Below, piece after piece: positions 26,419-40,036 of a DNA stretch of 64,000 nt. How positions within the stretch are numbered: position 1 is the stretch's first letter; each line of letters opens with the position of its first letter. The stretch lies in NCBI RefSeq assembly GCF_964188315.1, contig NC_135662.1, forward strand, positions 48,608,001 through 48,672,000, read 5' to 3'. Made by a program: the position numbers and the translations under genes. The notes under the pieces are model-generated. The model made no database searches, was not told the DNA's origin, and worked only from the letters and a program-made list of their open reading frames with translations. Source of the stretch: Podarcis muralis (taxonomy: Eukaryota).

Positions 26419-26702
26419 CAGGCATGTCCAGCCAGTAGATCGTGATCTACTGGTAGATCCCCAGCTGATCCTAGTCGATCGCGGGACCCTTGCCGATTGT
26501 GGGATTAAATAAAGTTTAACAAATAAAAACTGAAGACCTCTGGGCCATCCTGCCCCCCAAAAAGCTAAACAACTCTGGCCAATCCACCCACCCACCCACC
26601 CCACGCACGCTCCTCCTCCCTCCAATGACAATGGGTATATCACTGCCAGGTTTTTTTTATACTGGGAGTAAATCGCAGCCTCTTGGGAGTTGGACGTGCC
26701 TG
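26419..26702. mobile_element. hAT-type MITE (284 bp)
   Basis: TIR CAGGCATGTCCA / TGGACGTGCCTG. Perfect 8-bp TSD ACATATGG at 26411-26418 and 26703-26710. Confidence 0.88.
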
Positions 26703-26893
26703 ACATATGGTATCAGGAACAGAATTAACGTTGTGAACCTATTGTGCAGAGTCTCTTTACGTGGCATTTCCAGCCCTCATTCTTGTTCTATAGTAATTAG
26801 CAATTCATTGCCACGTGCTGGAGCAGAAAGTAGCCACATGAATCTGTTCCTGTGCATGGTACTGTAAACTTGTGGATAAGAAAAATGACTGTA

Positions 26894-27110
26894 CAGTGGT
26901 ACCTCGGGTTAAGTATTTAATTCGTTCTGGAGGTCCGTTCTTAACCTGAAACTGTTCTTAACCTGAAGCACCACTTTAGCTAATGGGGCCTCCCGCGCCG
27001 CCGGAGCACGATTTCTTTTCTCATCCTGAAGCAAAGTTCTTAACCCGAGGTAATATTTCTGGGTTAGCGGAGTCTGTAACCTGAAGCGTATGTAACCCAA
27101 GGTACCACTG
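26894..27110 (-). mobile_element. Tc1/mariner-type MITE, copy 3
   Basis: Same TIRs, TA TSD. Confidence 0.9.
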
Positions 27111-28820
27111 TACTTCTTCCCACCATTGGGTTGTTGTTGGAATTAGTGAGAGAGGGATTGAAAAACTTTGAGTAAATTTGTTCTTTCTTTCAAAGTCATG
27201 TGTTCTGCAGAACATATAATGTAGAATGTGTGATTACATACAAGAATGGCCTAGTTAACCCAGTGCCCAACACATCCACAATTGCAAGGGGAGAGCAGCA
27301 AATGAAAATAGTCCTGAACCATCACTTGGCATTAGCCAACCTACTTCTCTCAGGTTTTAGAGAGGCTGGGCTTTCCACCCTCATTTTTACAGCCAGTTCC
27401 TGACCTTCGGGCACAGATAATCTGAAAATCAGATAAACTGTTTCCGGATAATCGGGAACTCACTGTAATTGAAAGATGCTATTTCCCTCCAGGATTATTT
27501 CAGAGATGCAGAGCTGTGAAATAACCATGTTAGGCATGCAGGGATGAAAGCTAATATTTTGTAGCCTTAGAGGGATCAGAGAAAGATTCCTTTCAAGGAC
27601 TATTCAGTAATGTTTTTATAATAATAATTAAGAAACCCTTCAACTTTTGCTGTATATAGTATATGCAGAGGTGCTCTTGATAGATTTGCCCCAATACTTC
27701 TTTTATAATAAAAAGGTGATTCATTCCTCTCAAAGTTACTATGTGTTTAGTCACTGATACACATCAGTATTGTAATAAAAATCAATAATGTACATTTTTG
27801 ATGAAAACAGTTTAGAAGTTTTTATGATTAAACAGTATACAAAGTTTATTAAGTAAAGAAAAAATGCATACCTACAGCAATCCTGTGATAGGTAGGGTTG
27901 CGTCAACAAGAAGGGTTGTCCTTCTGCCTTCTGAAAAGGGAGGTGAGTTGTTTCCTCCCCCCCAAAAAATATTTTTATTTGATTTACATAATTTTACAAA
28001 GGAAGGAAAAGAAAATACAGTGTAACAACAAATAGCACACCACAATTATCCCCGCTCCCTCTCCTGCAGTTTTACCAAGTCAGTTGGAGATACTTACACT
28101 TGTTGGTTTTTGTTTTATTTGTTTTGTTCTGAACTACCCCTTCTTTCATTTGTGCCAGTGTAGATTTGGACCCTTCAATGTGCATCCTGCTATGGGATAT
28201 CAAGAAACCTTGCACAGGATTCAACAATTCCTTTTCAGTATGCAGTGGAATTAGTTGACTGTGTAGTAAGGGAAGGAAGAAGAAGAAGGGGTCCTTCCAA
28301 GGTTTATTCCACCAACACTACAAGGTGATCTGAGGTCTTCTCTATTTCCAGGCTCTCTAGCTCTTTTTGGGTGTGCTCTGCACACAAGCTTCTCTGAATT
28401 CCATCTCTGAACTTGGTTTCAAACAGCTCTCCTTTTGGTGCATTTTTACCCATGCAGATAATCTCAATTCTGGAATATTGCATCTGGCTATTTCTCAGTT
28501 GCTGCCTGCATGGTTGAATATTGTTGGCACACCAGAGCTCACCAACAGATGAACGCATTCTATTCTGTGACCAGAAGGTTTATGAGAACACAAATTGGCA
28601 AGCAAGATGTCAAGTAACTGTTTGCTGATGAGAATTTGGTGATCAGAATTACTCGACATTTTGCAATTCATTCATTTTTCTAAAAAAAATATTGTGCAGT
28701 ATATACTACATGAGCCGCATTGTGCTCTTATAACAGGACTCTCCTCTCCTCTCCCTGTGTGCTCCCAAAGCCTGCTCCAGAGGGTCCATCAACCAGCATG
28801 GCCAGTGGTCAGGAATGGGA

Positions 28821-29832
28821 TAACAACAACAACCACAACAATTTATTTGTACCCTGCCCATCTGGCTGGGTTTCCCCAGCCACTCTGGGTGGCTTCCCAC
28901 AGAATATTAAAATACAGTAGTCTATTAAACGTTAAAAGCTTCCCTAAACAGGGCTGCCTTCAGATGTCTTCTAAAAGTCTGGTAGTTGTTTTTCTCTTTG
29001 ACATCTGGTGGGAGAGCGTTCCACAGGGCGGGTGCCACTACCAAGAAGGCCCTCTGCCTGGTTCCCTATAACTTGGCTTCTCACAGTGAGGGAACTGCCA
29101 GAAGGCTCTCGGCGCTGGATCTCAGTGTCCGGGCAGAATGATGGGGGTGGAGATGCTCCTTCAGGTATACTGGACCGAGGCTGTTTAGGGCTTTAAAGGT
29201 CAGCACCAACACTTTGAATTGTGACCAGAAACGTACTGGGAACCAATGTAGGTCTGTTATGTGGTCTCGGCGGCTGCTTTCAGTCACCAGTCTAGCTGCC
29301 GCATTCTGGATTAGTTGCAGTTTCCGGGTCACCTTCAAAGGTAGCCCCAAGTAGAGCGCATTGCAGTAGTCCAAGTGAGAGGTAACTAGAGCATGCACCA
29401 CTCTGGCGAGACAGTCCACGGGCAGGTAGGGTCTCAGCCTGCGTTCCAGATGGAGCTGGTAAACAGCTGCCCTGGCCAAAGAATTAACCTGTGTCTCCAT
29501 GGACAGCTGTGAGTCCAAAATGACTCCAAGGCTTTCGCACCTGGTCCTTCAGGGGCACAGTTACCCCATTCAGGACCAGGGAATCCTCCACACCTGCCCG
29601 CCTCCTGTCCCCCCAAAACAGTACTTCTGTCTTGTCAGGATTCAACCTTAATCTGTTAGCCACCATCCATCCTAAACCACCTCCAGAAACTCACACAGGA
29701 CCTTCACCGCCTTCACTTGTTCTGATTTGAAAGAGAGGTAGAGCTGGGTATCATCCGCATACTGATGAACACCCAGCCCAAACCCCCTGATGATCTCTCC
29801 CAGCGGCTGCATGTAGATGTTAAAAAGCATGG
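28821..29832 (-). mobile_element. L2-clade LINE 3' fragment (about 1 kb) reaching the RT YADD motif
   Basis: The - strand encodes LFNIYMQPL...HQYADDTQLYLSF and downstream L2 motifs. (AAC)n tail. Near-identical to the 20719 copy. Confidence 0.9.
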
Positions 29833-30636
29833 ATAGATGATGTAGCCCAAAACATCTGGAGAGCACCAGGTTAGAGAAGGCAGCTGTTCATTCTGGGAGT
29901 AACTGATCTCCAAAATTCAACTTATGGCTGAGAGCCATTTTAATTATTGCAAGGAAAATCCTACTGTGTGGTTCCAAATGAGCATAGCTAGGACAGAGCA
30001 TAGCTAGGACATGGTACCTTTTACTTCCATCAGCATATTCCCCCTCACAGTTTACATGAAATTGTACAACTTCCCACTTCCCACAGGCACTTGACTTTCC
30101 ACTCTTTAATCAGTCAGTTACACCCCTTCTGAGAGGGGGAGTATTGATCAGCAAAATTTTGCTACTAATCTGGATGGTGTATCTAAATAGAGCATATTGA
30201 ATGGTAGCAAGTACAACCAAGACACACCATGCATGCTGAAGTGTAGGTGGGAATGTTGCTATAGAAGATACAGATCAGCTTTGGTTTGATTTACAAGAAG
30301 GAGGCATGGTACTGGGGTACTGTAAAACCCAGGTTGGTTTTAGGGTACTGTTGGAGTTCTGGTCTGTTCTTTCATGCTCCGTGCGTTCATTTGTGAAATC
30401 AGAATAAAAAGGCACCAGAAATCTCCAGTGATAGTTCATTCAAAAGAAAATAAAACTGTATAGCACTGCCTATGAATTTCTCACTGATACGGGAAGATGG
30501 AATATGCAAAAGATAAATCCTATAAAAGAGAAGACTCCAGCAGAGAGAAAATAATCTGTAAACTGGGTTTTACTTTCTGGGGAGTCTATGAATGCCTTTG
30601 TTGCGATTCCCTATGCTCTAAATATCAACCCCATAA

Positions 30637-30950
30637 GGATAATAATAATTATTTATTATTTATACCCTGCCCATCTGGCTGGGTTTCCCCAGCCACTCTG
30701 GGCGGCTTTCAACAAAACACTAAAATACAGTAATCTATTAAACATTAAAAGCTTCCCTAAACAGGGCTGCCTTCAGATGTCTTCTAAAAGTTTGGTAGTT
30801 ATTTTTCTTTTGACATCTGGTGGGAGGGCATTCCACAGGGCGGGTGCCACTACCGAGAAGGCCCTCTGCCTGGTTCCCTGTAACTTGGCTTCTCGCAGAG
30901 AGGGAACTGCCAGAAGGTCCTCGGCGCTGGACCTCAGTGTCCGGGCAGAA
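30637..30950 (-). mobile_element. L2-clade LINE short 3' fragment
   Basis: Same 3' UTR (ACCCTGCCCATCTGGCTGGGTTTCCCCAGCCACTCTGGGCGG) as the 20.7 kb and 28.8 kb copies. Confidence 0.88.
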
Positions 30951-33900
30951 CAATATATCCATTGTATAGTTTAGCTCCTCATCTATGCTCAGGGATTCTG
31001 GATTTGGATCTCACAGTTGCAAGTTAAACCTGATAATGTTGGAGACAGAATATTGTTGACAATAATCCATTCTTCAAATACTGCTGGCCAATGAAAAGTG
31101 GAAGTGGGCTATTCCTACTCGGCATTCCACAAAAGCACTGAAAATATCTGGAGCTTGTTTCTGTTTCCTCAGTAAAGCTGCTATATTTTTTTTTGCAGCT
31201 GCCTAGGGTGTGTGTTGGTGTATTCTTTGTCTGGCCTGGAAACTTTGAGCCAGCAAAGAGAAAAAGGCAAACAGTGCAATGGCAGAGTTCAAGCTGCTTT
31301 GGAAAGGGTAGCCCTGTTGAAAGAGACAAAGCATGGGGAGGATTAGGAATTGGGTAGCAGCTGCAGAATGATTTGACATGAATGTTATAAAACAGTTTAG
31401 CAAGAAATGAATGAGATTGTGTAACTAGTAAGAAAGGAGGATTTATTTTATGTGCAACAGCCGTATTGAGCAGCTGATGATCCCACTTTTATGGGGGAGG
31501 GGATATGAAAGTGTAAGGGTCAGCAGGAGAGCGGCATAAAAATCTATGTGGTTAGAAACTGTTGTAAATGCTTTTATGTATTATCAATTTAGAAGTGAAA
31601 TATGATGAACACAAGCAGTGAAGTTTAATCTAAATTGAGCAGCTCACCACTCCACTTCATCTCACCATTAACGCACACACACAGTAAATAACTTTCCACC
31701 ATGGAACATTGTTGACTTTTCTCCGGGTCATATTAACCAAAAGAAAGAGGTGTGAACAGTCTTGAGGAATCAGAGGCTACAGTAGAAACTCTTGTTTTCA
31801 CCTCTTTCCAGCTGCAGCACTAAGCCCTGTGTGAGGTTTTCCCTTTTAGAACAGCAGTGCTTCAGACAGAAGGAGTGTTGTTCCCATAGAACAAACCTCT
31901 TTACTAATCAGTTTAATGAAGATGGATGTTGCCTGTGTGCAACATGGTACCGCCACTTGTTGCTATTGTAAGCTGTCATTCTAAACAAATACAGCTGCCC
32001 TGTCTTCTATACGACATGACTTTTATCTTGCAACACAAACTTAGTTTTAATATTTTTAATAATATGTCTTTGAAAATTATTTCTGAGTGTTGAAGTATAT
32101 ATATCACATTTTTATGTTGCTTTGCTTCAGCTTGCCAGATTAAACGCTCCCCTTTTCCCTCTATGTATGTTGTTCTAGGGTTCTCCTGAACCTCCCCTAA
32201 GCCCATTTGAGGGGCAGTGGGGGGAGAATAAGGAAGTCTCATTGCACTAGCAGAAGCACTTACATGGTCTTCTGTTATTAGGACTAATTAACTGAAACCA
32301 GCCCTGGGAACCTGAAGACCACACGGACATTTCAAACTGAAGATCCAAAGGGGGGGGGGGGGGACGGGATGGAGGACCCAGAGGCAACAGTTCAGGAATC
32401 TGCTTTACAATGTTTTTAGCAGAGCATTTTTTGTTAAAGGCTTGTTCTCACAGTTAGTGAACTTTAGCAAGTGAGGGGGCGATTGCTTTTATTTCACATT
32501 TCTATACAGTTGCATCCCTGAAGCATCTGGAAAAGATTTTTCATGGGAAAATGATTTTGATTTGAGTCAAAGGTGGTGAGAACTGCTACCTCTCCAATAA
32601 TTTAAAAAATATTATTAACTGTATAAGCCTGATTCTGCTTTCTTGCACGTTTTTCAAATGCAGCAGAATATTGTTTCCCTCTTCTTGTTACTTGAATGAA
32701 AAGCAGTAGGTCAGCACAAAGCCTTAAAAGTATGTACCAGCTATTACCTGCTTTTCTGTTACTGAAATAATAACATGAGGGGGAGAGTGTATGTTTTTAT
32801 AAACATAAAAGTGTGTCTGCTGGAGCCCTTTATTTCGGGGGGGGGGTAGGCACAGTTGGCAACAAATACTTGGCATTCTTAGCTGCCGGAGTCTCTTAAG
32901 CATTTTCTACTCCCACATTATATGTTTGGATGCCAGATTTATAAAGAAATGAATACTTTATAATGGAATGGATAAAGGTGCTCATATCAAACTTCTTAGG
33001 GGTTTTTCCAGATGGTTGAAAGCAAATGCAAAGTCATTCTTTTAGCACCTATATTGATATTTGTTCTGGTACAAATCTAGAGTTCCCATGAGTGGAGCTC
33101 TACTCATGGAATTCTTCCATATGAGGAAAGGTTGGAGCCAATCTTCACTAAACCCTCTGTCATCCTGCAGCCTCTTGAAAAGCTGTTCCATTATGGGACT
33201 CTCTAGAACATTGTGGGAGGTGGTATTGGGGGCTACAGTGAATCAGTGGACATTGGCTGTCCCCGCCCCCCTTTTCCAGTAATAGCTTGCCCTGCATATC
33301 CGTCCTTTCCACCAATGGAAAGAGTAGGGACGGGGGAGAAATTTGATTCAGTTGTCACTTACAGGCAATAACTACTTGGATTTGCTTTTAGACATTCTCC
33401 TTTTTGTATCACATGTGAAACTTGTAAGTCAGTCTTGGAAAACCATTTGTGTATCTTGCTAGAAATGCTTAAGAGTTTAAAGGCATAATGTCTGTGGTTC
33501 TAAACAGTATAAGCCTGATAGATTTCTTTTTATTTTAATGAAATGGAAATTATGAGCCAATATTACATAATGAATGATAAACACGAAGCTTAATTCCATT
33601 AGATGTGTGCATAAAAAAGTCATTTTGTTACTCCATTCATTTTCATTAATTGCTTCATTGTTCACTTGTTAGAACTGCATTTGTACCATTTGTTATTGTC
33701 ACTTCCATTCATTTTCATTTCCCTTTTAAATGAAGGAACCAGATGCTTTTTCTACTGGTTGTAACTTTGGTGCGTGTCTGTAAGGTAGCCTTTAGTACAA
33801 AGGATTTGCATGGTGGATGAGCAAGCAAGGGACACGATTGAGAGGGGTGGCTGAGAGGACATTAATAGATGTCAGCCAAGCATAATGGAACCCACAAAAG

Positions 33901-36900
33901 TTCTAATCTGCAGAGGGGGATGAGAACATCGCAGGCAACTGCTTGAAAGCAGAAAAATCTAGCAAGGCTGTTATTTTCTCTCTAATCCTTTCCTCAAACA
34001 TTTTTCTATTTTAGCTGTAACTCCATGTCTGCAGTCTCAGGAGTACTTCTGCAGTGAGAAGCCTGTAGTTCTGAATGTGGCTTGACCGTGTTCTCCATTT
34101 CCTGTCCATGTCTTATGTCTCGAAGATGTAAAGAGTTTTCTTGTGACTCCTTGTCACATTGCTAATAACAGTTCTAATAACATTATCTTGTCCTTATTCA
34201 GGAAATGAAGAAGGATGCTTTTTGTTTACTTCCAATCTTCTGAGAAAATAGTCGCTTGTGCACGACTGCCATAACTTATCTGTAAACCCTTACATAGGAA
34301 ATACACTTGGGTTTGTATGTCATGGCTGATAAGAGCAAAGACCTCTTAGCAATATGTGGACTTACTGGAGGTTCCAGGAAGTATCCCTGGAAACCGCAAA
34401 TTTACGAAAATCAGTAAAAACAGCACTGCCAACGTGGCTTGTCATAGGTCCGGATTCTGCTTATTTCCACCCAGACACTGCTTTCGACCACAGTATTCTG
34501 GGTATGTCCTGGAAATTCCACATATGGCAACCCTAAACTAAGCACATGCTGTTCAAAAAGCAACCCAGAATTGAAAAAGTAAGGCAATTTCTCAAAATAA
34601 TAGCAGCTCTACTTTTCCTCCCTGCTTCCATTGGATTGTAATTTCCACATTGCAAATGTTTTGGAAGTGATCTAAGCCCTTATGACTCAGACTTTAAAGT
34701 CAGTATCTAAGCGCTCAAGTTTAAGAGGGAGTTTGCCTACAGACAAACATTATCTCATTGTGCATATTGTAATATACTGACATCCTCATCTGAAAAATAT
34801 GAGGTGTGGACTGGTTATCCAATATGGTGTTTTTTATACTCCTAAACTTCATGAAGTTTTCCCTGCTACTTACTGTTTAGTGTTGGGCGTTTTACATAGC
34901 ACAGAAGTGAGACAGTCGCTGCTGTTGAAAAGCCTTTGCAATAGAAGACAGACAAGACAAAGGTGAAGAGAGGTAGATAATAACTTGCAACACAGATGAA
35001 GCAGAGGTCAGGAAAGCCTCAGTAGAACAGCTGAGACATGTGGGCATTTATAAATGGGGGGGGGGGTTGGCATACCAGTTCCAAACAAAGTGTGATAACC
35101 AGTGTTTCCCTAGTTTATATTGTGGATCAGCATGCCTTCTGTTGGCTAGCTCAGGCTTCCTCAATCTCGGCCCTCCTGATGTTTTTGGCCTACACTTCCC
35201 ATGATTCCTAGCTAGCAGGACCAGTGGTCAGGGATGATGGGAATTGTAGTCTCAAAACATCTGGAGGGCTGAGTTTGAGGGAGCCTAGACTAGTGTGTTA
35301 GATTTGGACATGATCCAGATTTAAATCTCCACTCAGTCATGAACTTCACCAGCTGCATTTCAGGGGTGTTTTGTTGCTAAACTACAGCTTTGAGGCCATT
35401 AGAAGGGAGAGCAGGTTAAGGCTTTAGATCTGAGGTAGAGCACATGCTTCACTTTGTGTGCAAAAGGCCCTGTCCAATCCCTGGGATCTCCAGGTAGGGC
35501 TGGGGAAGTCTGTGCTTGATAGAACAATGGTCTGACTTATTATAAGGCAGCTTCTTATATTCAGATATACCACTGTTTGTTTTGCTCAGCCAAAAAGAAA
35601 AATCAAATGAAAAAGTTGTCCTCCTCCTCCTGAAAAAGTAGGGATATGTTTTAAAGATAGACTCCTCAATATCACTTTAATTCAGTTTTCTTCAACAAGA
35701 ACCTTGGAGATGCTTTGGACTAAAAATTCCATCGGCCTCAGTCAGCATTGCCAGTGGTCAGGGATGATGGCAGTTGTGGTCCAAAACATCTGGAGGTAGA
35801 CCAGGTGGGGAAAGTGTCTTTAATGAAGTTAGAACCAGGGTTTTTTTTGTTTGTTTTTTGTATACAAAGGATTCATGGAGTTGTTCATTCCCTTTGAGGG
35901 TAATTCCATGCAGGTCACATGGTAATTTTTCTATATGTTATATGCACATGTCAAAAAGCAATTCCAGGATTGGTTTCATGTAGGTTTCCCAGAGACAATG
36001 CTTTGAACACTGTCAGTTATAATGCTTTTACAGCTTTACCATAAGGGTTGAGGACCCTTTTCAGACTGGCAAACAAATATCTTCATCTTCACAAGCTTCC
36101 ATAAGCCACATTTGACAGGTGGATAAGGTCATCCACCTGTCAGTCACCTGACATCATAATGACATTGGTTGACAAGAGTGGCTTTGAAGTGCTTTTCTGA
36201 GGAAGTCAAATTAAAATATGAAAATACTGAAAAAAATATTAATTTAAAAATATTGTGGTTAGCTTTTCTGGATAAAGTAAAAGTATCTAGCAAAAACTAG
36301 CCCAGGTAAATAGGTAAATTTATTTGAAGTATTAAAAAATTATGAAGAAAGACATAATACAAAAAGGAGGAAGTATAATAAGGCAGCTGGGTTACCAAGC
36401 ATTTGTGGCTTCGAGAGGAAATATTTTTTTCTAATCTTGGTGTTGCGTAGGAGAAATGTGATTTGTATTTACAAATTAGTGTACATAAAGCTGTACTCAT
36501 GCAGAGCCTCACACATTCATCATTGTTTGTAGGCTCAGCCTGCCTGTCCCATGTCACCCCTTAAAGCACTTAACCTGCAATAGGCTGACTAAAATAAAAG
36601 TTCCATGGCTTCCTTGGCAGTATTCCAAAGTTAATGACTTGAAAAGTGTCATCATGGGAAAGATTGTAACCTTATGGCTTATTTTTCACTTTACAAAACC
36701 GTGGGAAATAACCTAAAAAAGACTCCATTCCTTTGAGTGGGGCCTGCTCAGAACTGTCATTAAAATGTCCTTGTGTTAATGCTCATTCTCATCAGATTTG
36801 TTAGGAGCTGCAATTGTGGCCCCAGCATGGCCATGGCTGGACTGGCCTCCCTGCTTCAGCCTTTGGTGCAGTGGGAGGGTGCACATCTGTCTCCTCTTAC

Positions 36901-37044
36901 CACACCAGCAGCATCACTGGTGAGCTGAAGTGTCTCGCTAGGGAGGTGTCAAGCAGTGAAAATCATATGCACTATCACTCTAGAAGGTCAAAAACCATTT
37001 TGGGATTCAGGAAGGATATCCTCAGATATAGTTAGGAGACGGTT

Positions 37045-37735
37045 TGCTAAGATCCTTGCAAGAATTTTGCCAGCCGCAGCTAATAAAGAGATCTCTTGAT
37101 AATTTCCACAGTCTGTTCTGTTACCTTTTTTTAAAAAAAAATAATTGATGATTTTGGCATCCTTGAAGTCTGCTGGGATCTCCTCTCTCTCTCAATTTTT
37201 TTTTTAATGAGCTTGTAAGTTCAATTCCGCCCTCTTTGAAGACTTCGGCAGGTAACCCATCAGGTCTGCTGGCTTTGTTGTCTTTCGTTTGGTTAATAGC
37301 TGTACACAACTCTCCTAGATTTGGAGATACTGCAAGCTTATCTCTAACTTGTTTTTGTGGGATTTGTGACAGCAGCTATGGGGAAGCTGCGGTTAAGGAG
37401 ATGCTGGTAATGTTCTTTCCAGCACAATGCAATACAATAGTTTCCTTATTTTTTAGAAGAAACTATACCATAGTTTACTGGCCCATAGAAGGTCTTTGTG
37501 GCTTTAAAGAAGCCCTGTGCATAATGAGTATTGGCTAAGTGCTGGATCTCTTGAGCTTTTTTTTTATCCACCAGGTGTTCTTTAGTTCTCTGGTTTTTCC
37601 TTGAACCTCAGCCTTAGCATTGACATAGGGTTTTTTCTTAGTGGCGCAGTTTCTATCTCTTTGCCAGATCTGAAAGGCCTTCCGTTTCTTGTCGATAATG
37701 CGTTCAATTTTACTGCCAACGTGTCTAAATTTTTT
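37045..37735 (-). mobile_element. Degenerate internal RTE-like LINE fragment
   Basis: The - strand encodes AINQTKDNKASRPDGLPAEVFKEGG and GIPADFKDA-like RT-proximal motifs. Confidence 0.6.
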
Positions 37736-39037
37736 GAATTAAAAATTGAATTAATATTCAGTGGTCGCTAGCCACGATGGCTGTGTGTAGCCTCCAGATT
37801 CAGAGACTGTATACCTCCAAGTGCCAAATGCTGGGGGAACAACAGCAGGAAAGGCCTGTTTCCGTGTCCTGTTTGTGGGCATCATGGGTTGACTACTATG
37901 GGAATCAGGATGCTGTACTTTTGGTTCTTGCAGAAAGGAAGCACTGCTTGAACCACTTGTTCCTTATTCTAAACTACCATGGCATTATATGTGGGGTGGA
38001 AAGGAAATGGTCTCTCCTACAGAGAACAACTGTAGCTTATTGTCAGCCCACAAGCAGGCCTAATTCTACATTTGTGTATGTGGGCAATGTGCCATCCTTT
38101 TGACATTTTTAAAAAATGCGCAGGATCCATTTTCTGTTACTGATTTCATACAGGAGACATGATTATTGCAGACATGATAAAACTGATGGGTCAATAGAAG
38201 CACTATTTCAGTGGTCATTATGTATACACATAATAAATATAGTGTGATCCCTGTTTTCTATGTATGACAGTACATACATGAAATTGTATGTCGAAACTTA
38301 TTTCTCTCTCTGCTTTTAGCACGCACATTAAGAATGTGATAAGGGAACCTATTCCTCAATAATTGCTTTCTCCTCAGGAACCATATTCTTAAGACACTGT
38401 TTTCTGCTTTAGGCAAATGAAATTGAGTTTGAGATACAAAATCCATGAATTCAATTAACACACAATGTTGCAGTTCCCTGTCACACACAATTTCCTTTTT
38501 TTAGCATACTGTAATTATAAAAAGGGGAAATTGACACATTCTTTCAATGATTTAGGCTACAATCCGGTACTCAGTTACCTCAGTATGAGCTTCACAGAAT
38601 AAGACATTTACAGAACTGCAGTATTCTTTTTTTAATATATATACATAAAATTCTATTAAGATTACAGATGAGTTCCTCAAAATGTGAGCTTATCTTCTTT
38701 TGGGTTATTCTGTCAAGTGCCTCTGTGTAAAAATGTTGACTTGTGTCACACAATCAGACACAAAATCCTAGAACTTTACAATATGAAGACATCACTTAAC
38801 AATATATTGCAGATGTAATGACAGTTGAGAAAATTGGCTCTCCCTTTTCTATAAGTGTCGCCAAGCTTCACAATTCCTTGGCTCAAAACTCATGATGCTA
38901 AAGCATTGAAAAGCATCTGTGAAACCAACCACTTTCTATGCCATTTGGCAGCCTTTTATCATATACACAAATGAAACAAGACTGAAAGACAAGTGTTCAC
39001 TGGTGAATCAGCAAATATGGGTATCGTGATGCCACAC

Positions 39038-39683
39038 TGTAAAGGTGGTGTCTCCCCTTCGCATTAACACCCCAGCACAATCAGCTCAGCATTTACAGTC
39101 TTTATTACATATGTACAAGAAACAGGTACAGTTCAGGATTACGTGTCCGAACCCGTTGAGTCAGATTTGGGGAGTGGCTTCCTTCGATTCCTGCGCATCC
39201 CTGAGCCCTTCCTCCTCCTGGCTAATCTCTGTCCTCCATAGGCGCCGACTCCATGGGGCTTGAGGGGGCCCGAGCCCCCTCAAAAATTCGTTTGGGGGGG
39301 CTCTGCCCCCCCAATAATCTCCGGCGCCCCTCCAGCAGAGCGCCATCGCCGCCCCTCCCCCAGCCCAAAATGCACAGGGAGGGGCGGGCTGCATGCCTCC
39401 TGCCCTCCCTCCCGAGCAAAAGCTCCACCCAATTTCCTTTGGAGCTGATTAATAGGCGCAGCACGCTCTCCCCTATTCGCTCACGAGGAGGCGGCGCCAC
39501 TTTATTTGCATATTCATAAGCTTATTTATTATTCATGAGCTTTCCCGGGCCCCCCCAATATTTTTTATAAGTCCGCGTCCCTGGTCCTCTCTTCCACTTC
39601 CTCTGTCTCTGGGCGGTTGAAGGGCTCCACAGCATCCCTGCTCCGCCTCTTCTATCACTTGCTCCTCCGAATTCTCGCTGACA
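39038..39683 (-). mobile_element. Solo LTR (about 293 bp native length) interrupted by a MITE
   Basis: TG...CA termini, 5-bp TSD CACAC (39033-39037 and 39684-39688), and AATAAA on the - strand at 39101-39106 near its 3' end. Confidence 0.65.
39237..39583. mobile_element. GC-rich hAT-like MITE (347 bp) nested in the solo LTR
   Basis: Ends CATAGGCGCCGACT / AGTCCGCGTCCCTG (10/14 inverted match), flanked by the direct repeat GTCCTC. Confidence 0.7.
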
Positions 39684-39810
39684 CACACAGAATACTTTTT
39701 TTTTTACTAGTTGCTGTTTTCATTATATATTGTATAGTCTATACAGCAATTCAGTAATTAATATAATACATTCTGGTCTTGTTTAGATGGCAATACGTTA
39801 AAGGCAAGTA

Positions 39811-40036
39811 CAGTGATACCTTGGGTTAAGTACTTAATTCGTTCCGGAGGTCCGTACTTAACCTGAAACTGTTCTTAACCTGAAGCACCACTTTAGCTAA
39901 TGGGGCCTCCTGCTGCCGCCGCGCTGCCGGAGCATGATTTCTGTTCTCATCCTGAAGCAAAGTTCTTAACCTGAAGCACTATTTCTGGGTTAGCGGAGTC
40001 TGTAACCTGAAGTGTATGTAACCTGAGGTACCGCTG
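39811..40036 (-). mobile_element. Tc1/mariner-type MITE, copy 4
   Basis: Slightly diverged TIRs, TA TSD. Confidence 0.88.

Noticed and set aside
28625-28660. Hammerhead-like CTGATGAG followed by a hairpin
   Set aside because: It is followed by GACA, not GAAA, and has no convincing stems I and III.
30497-30733. Strong-Kozak ORF MEYAKDKSYK... as an alternative first exon
   Set aside because: It has no good phase-0 donor to join exon 4, and the ORF runs into an L2 tail.
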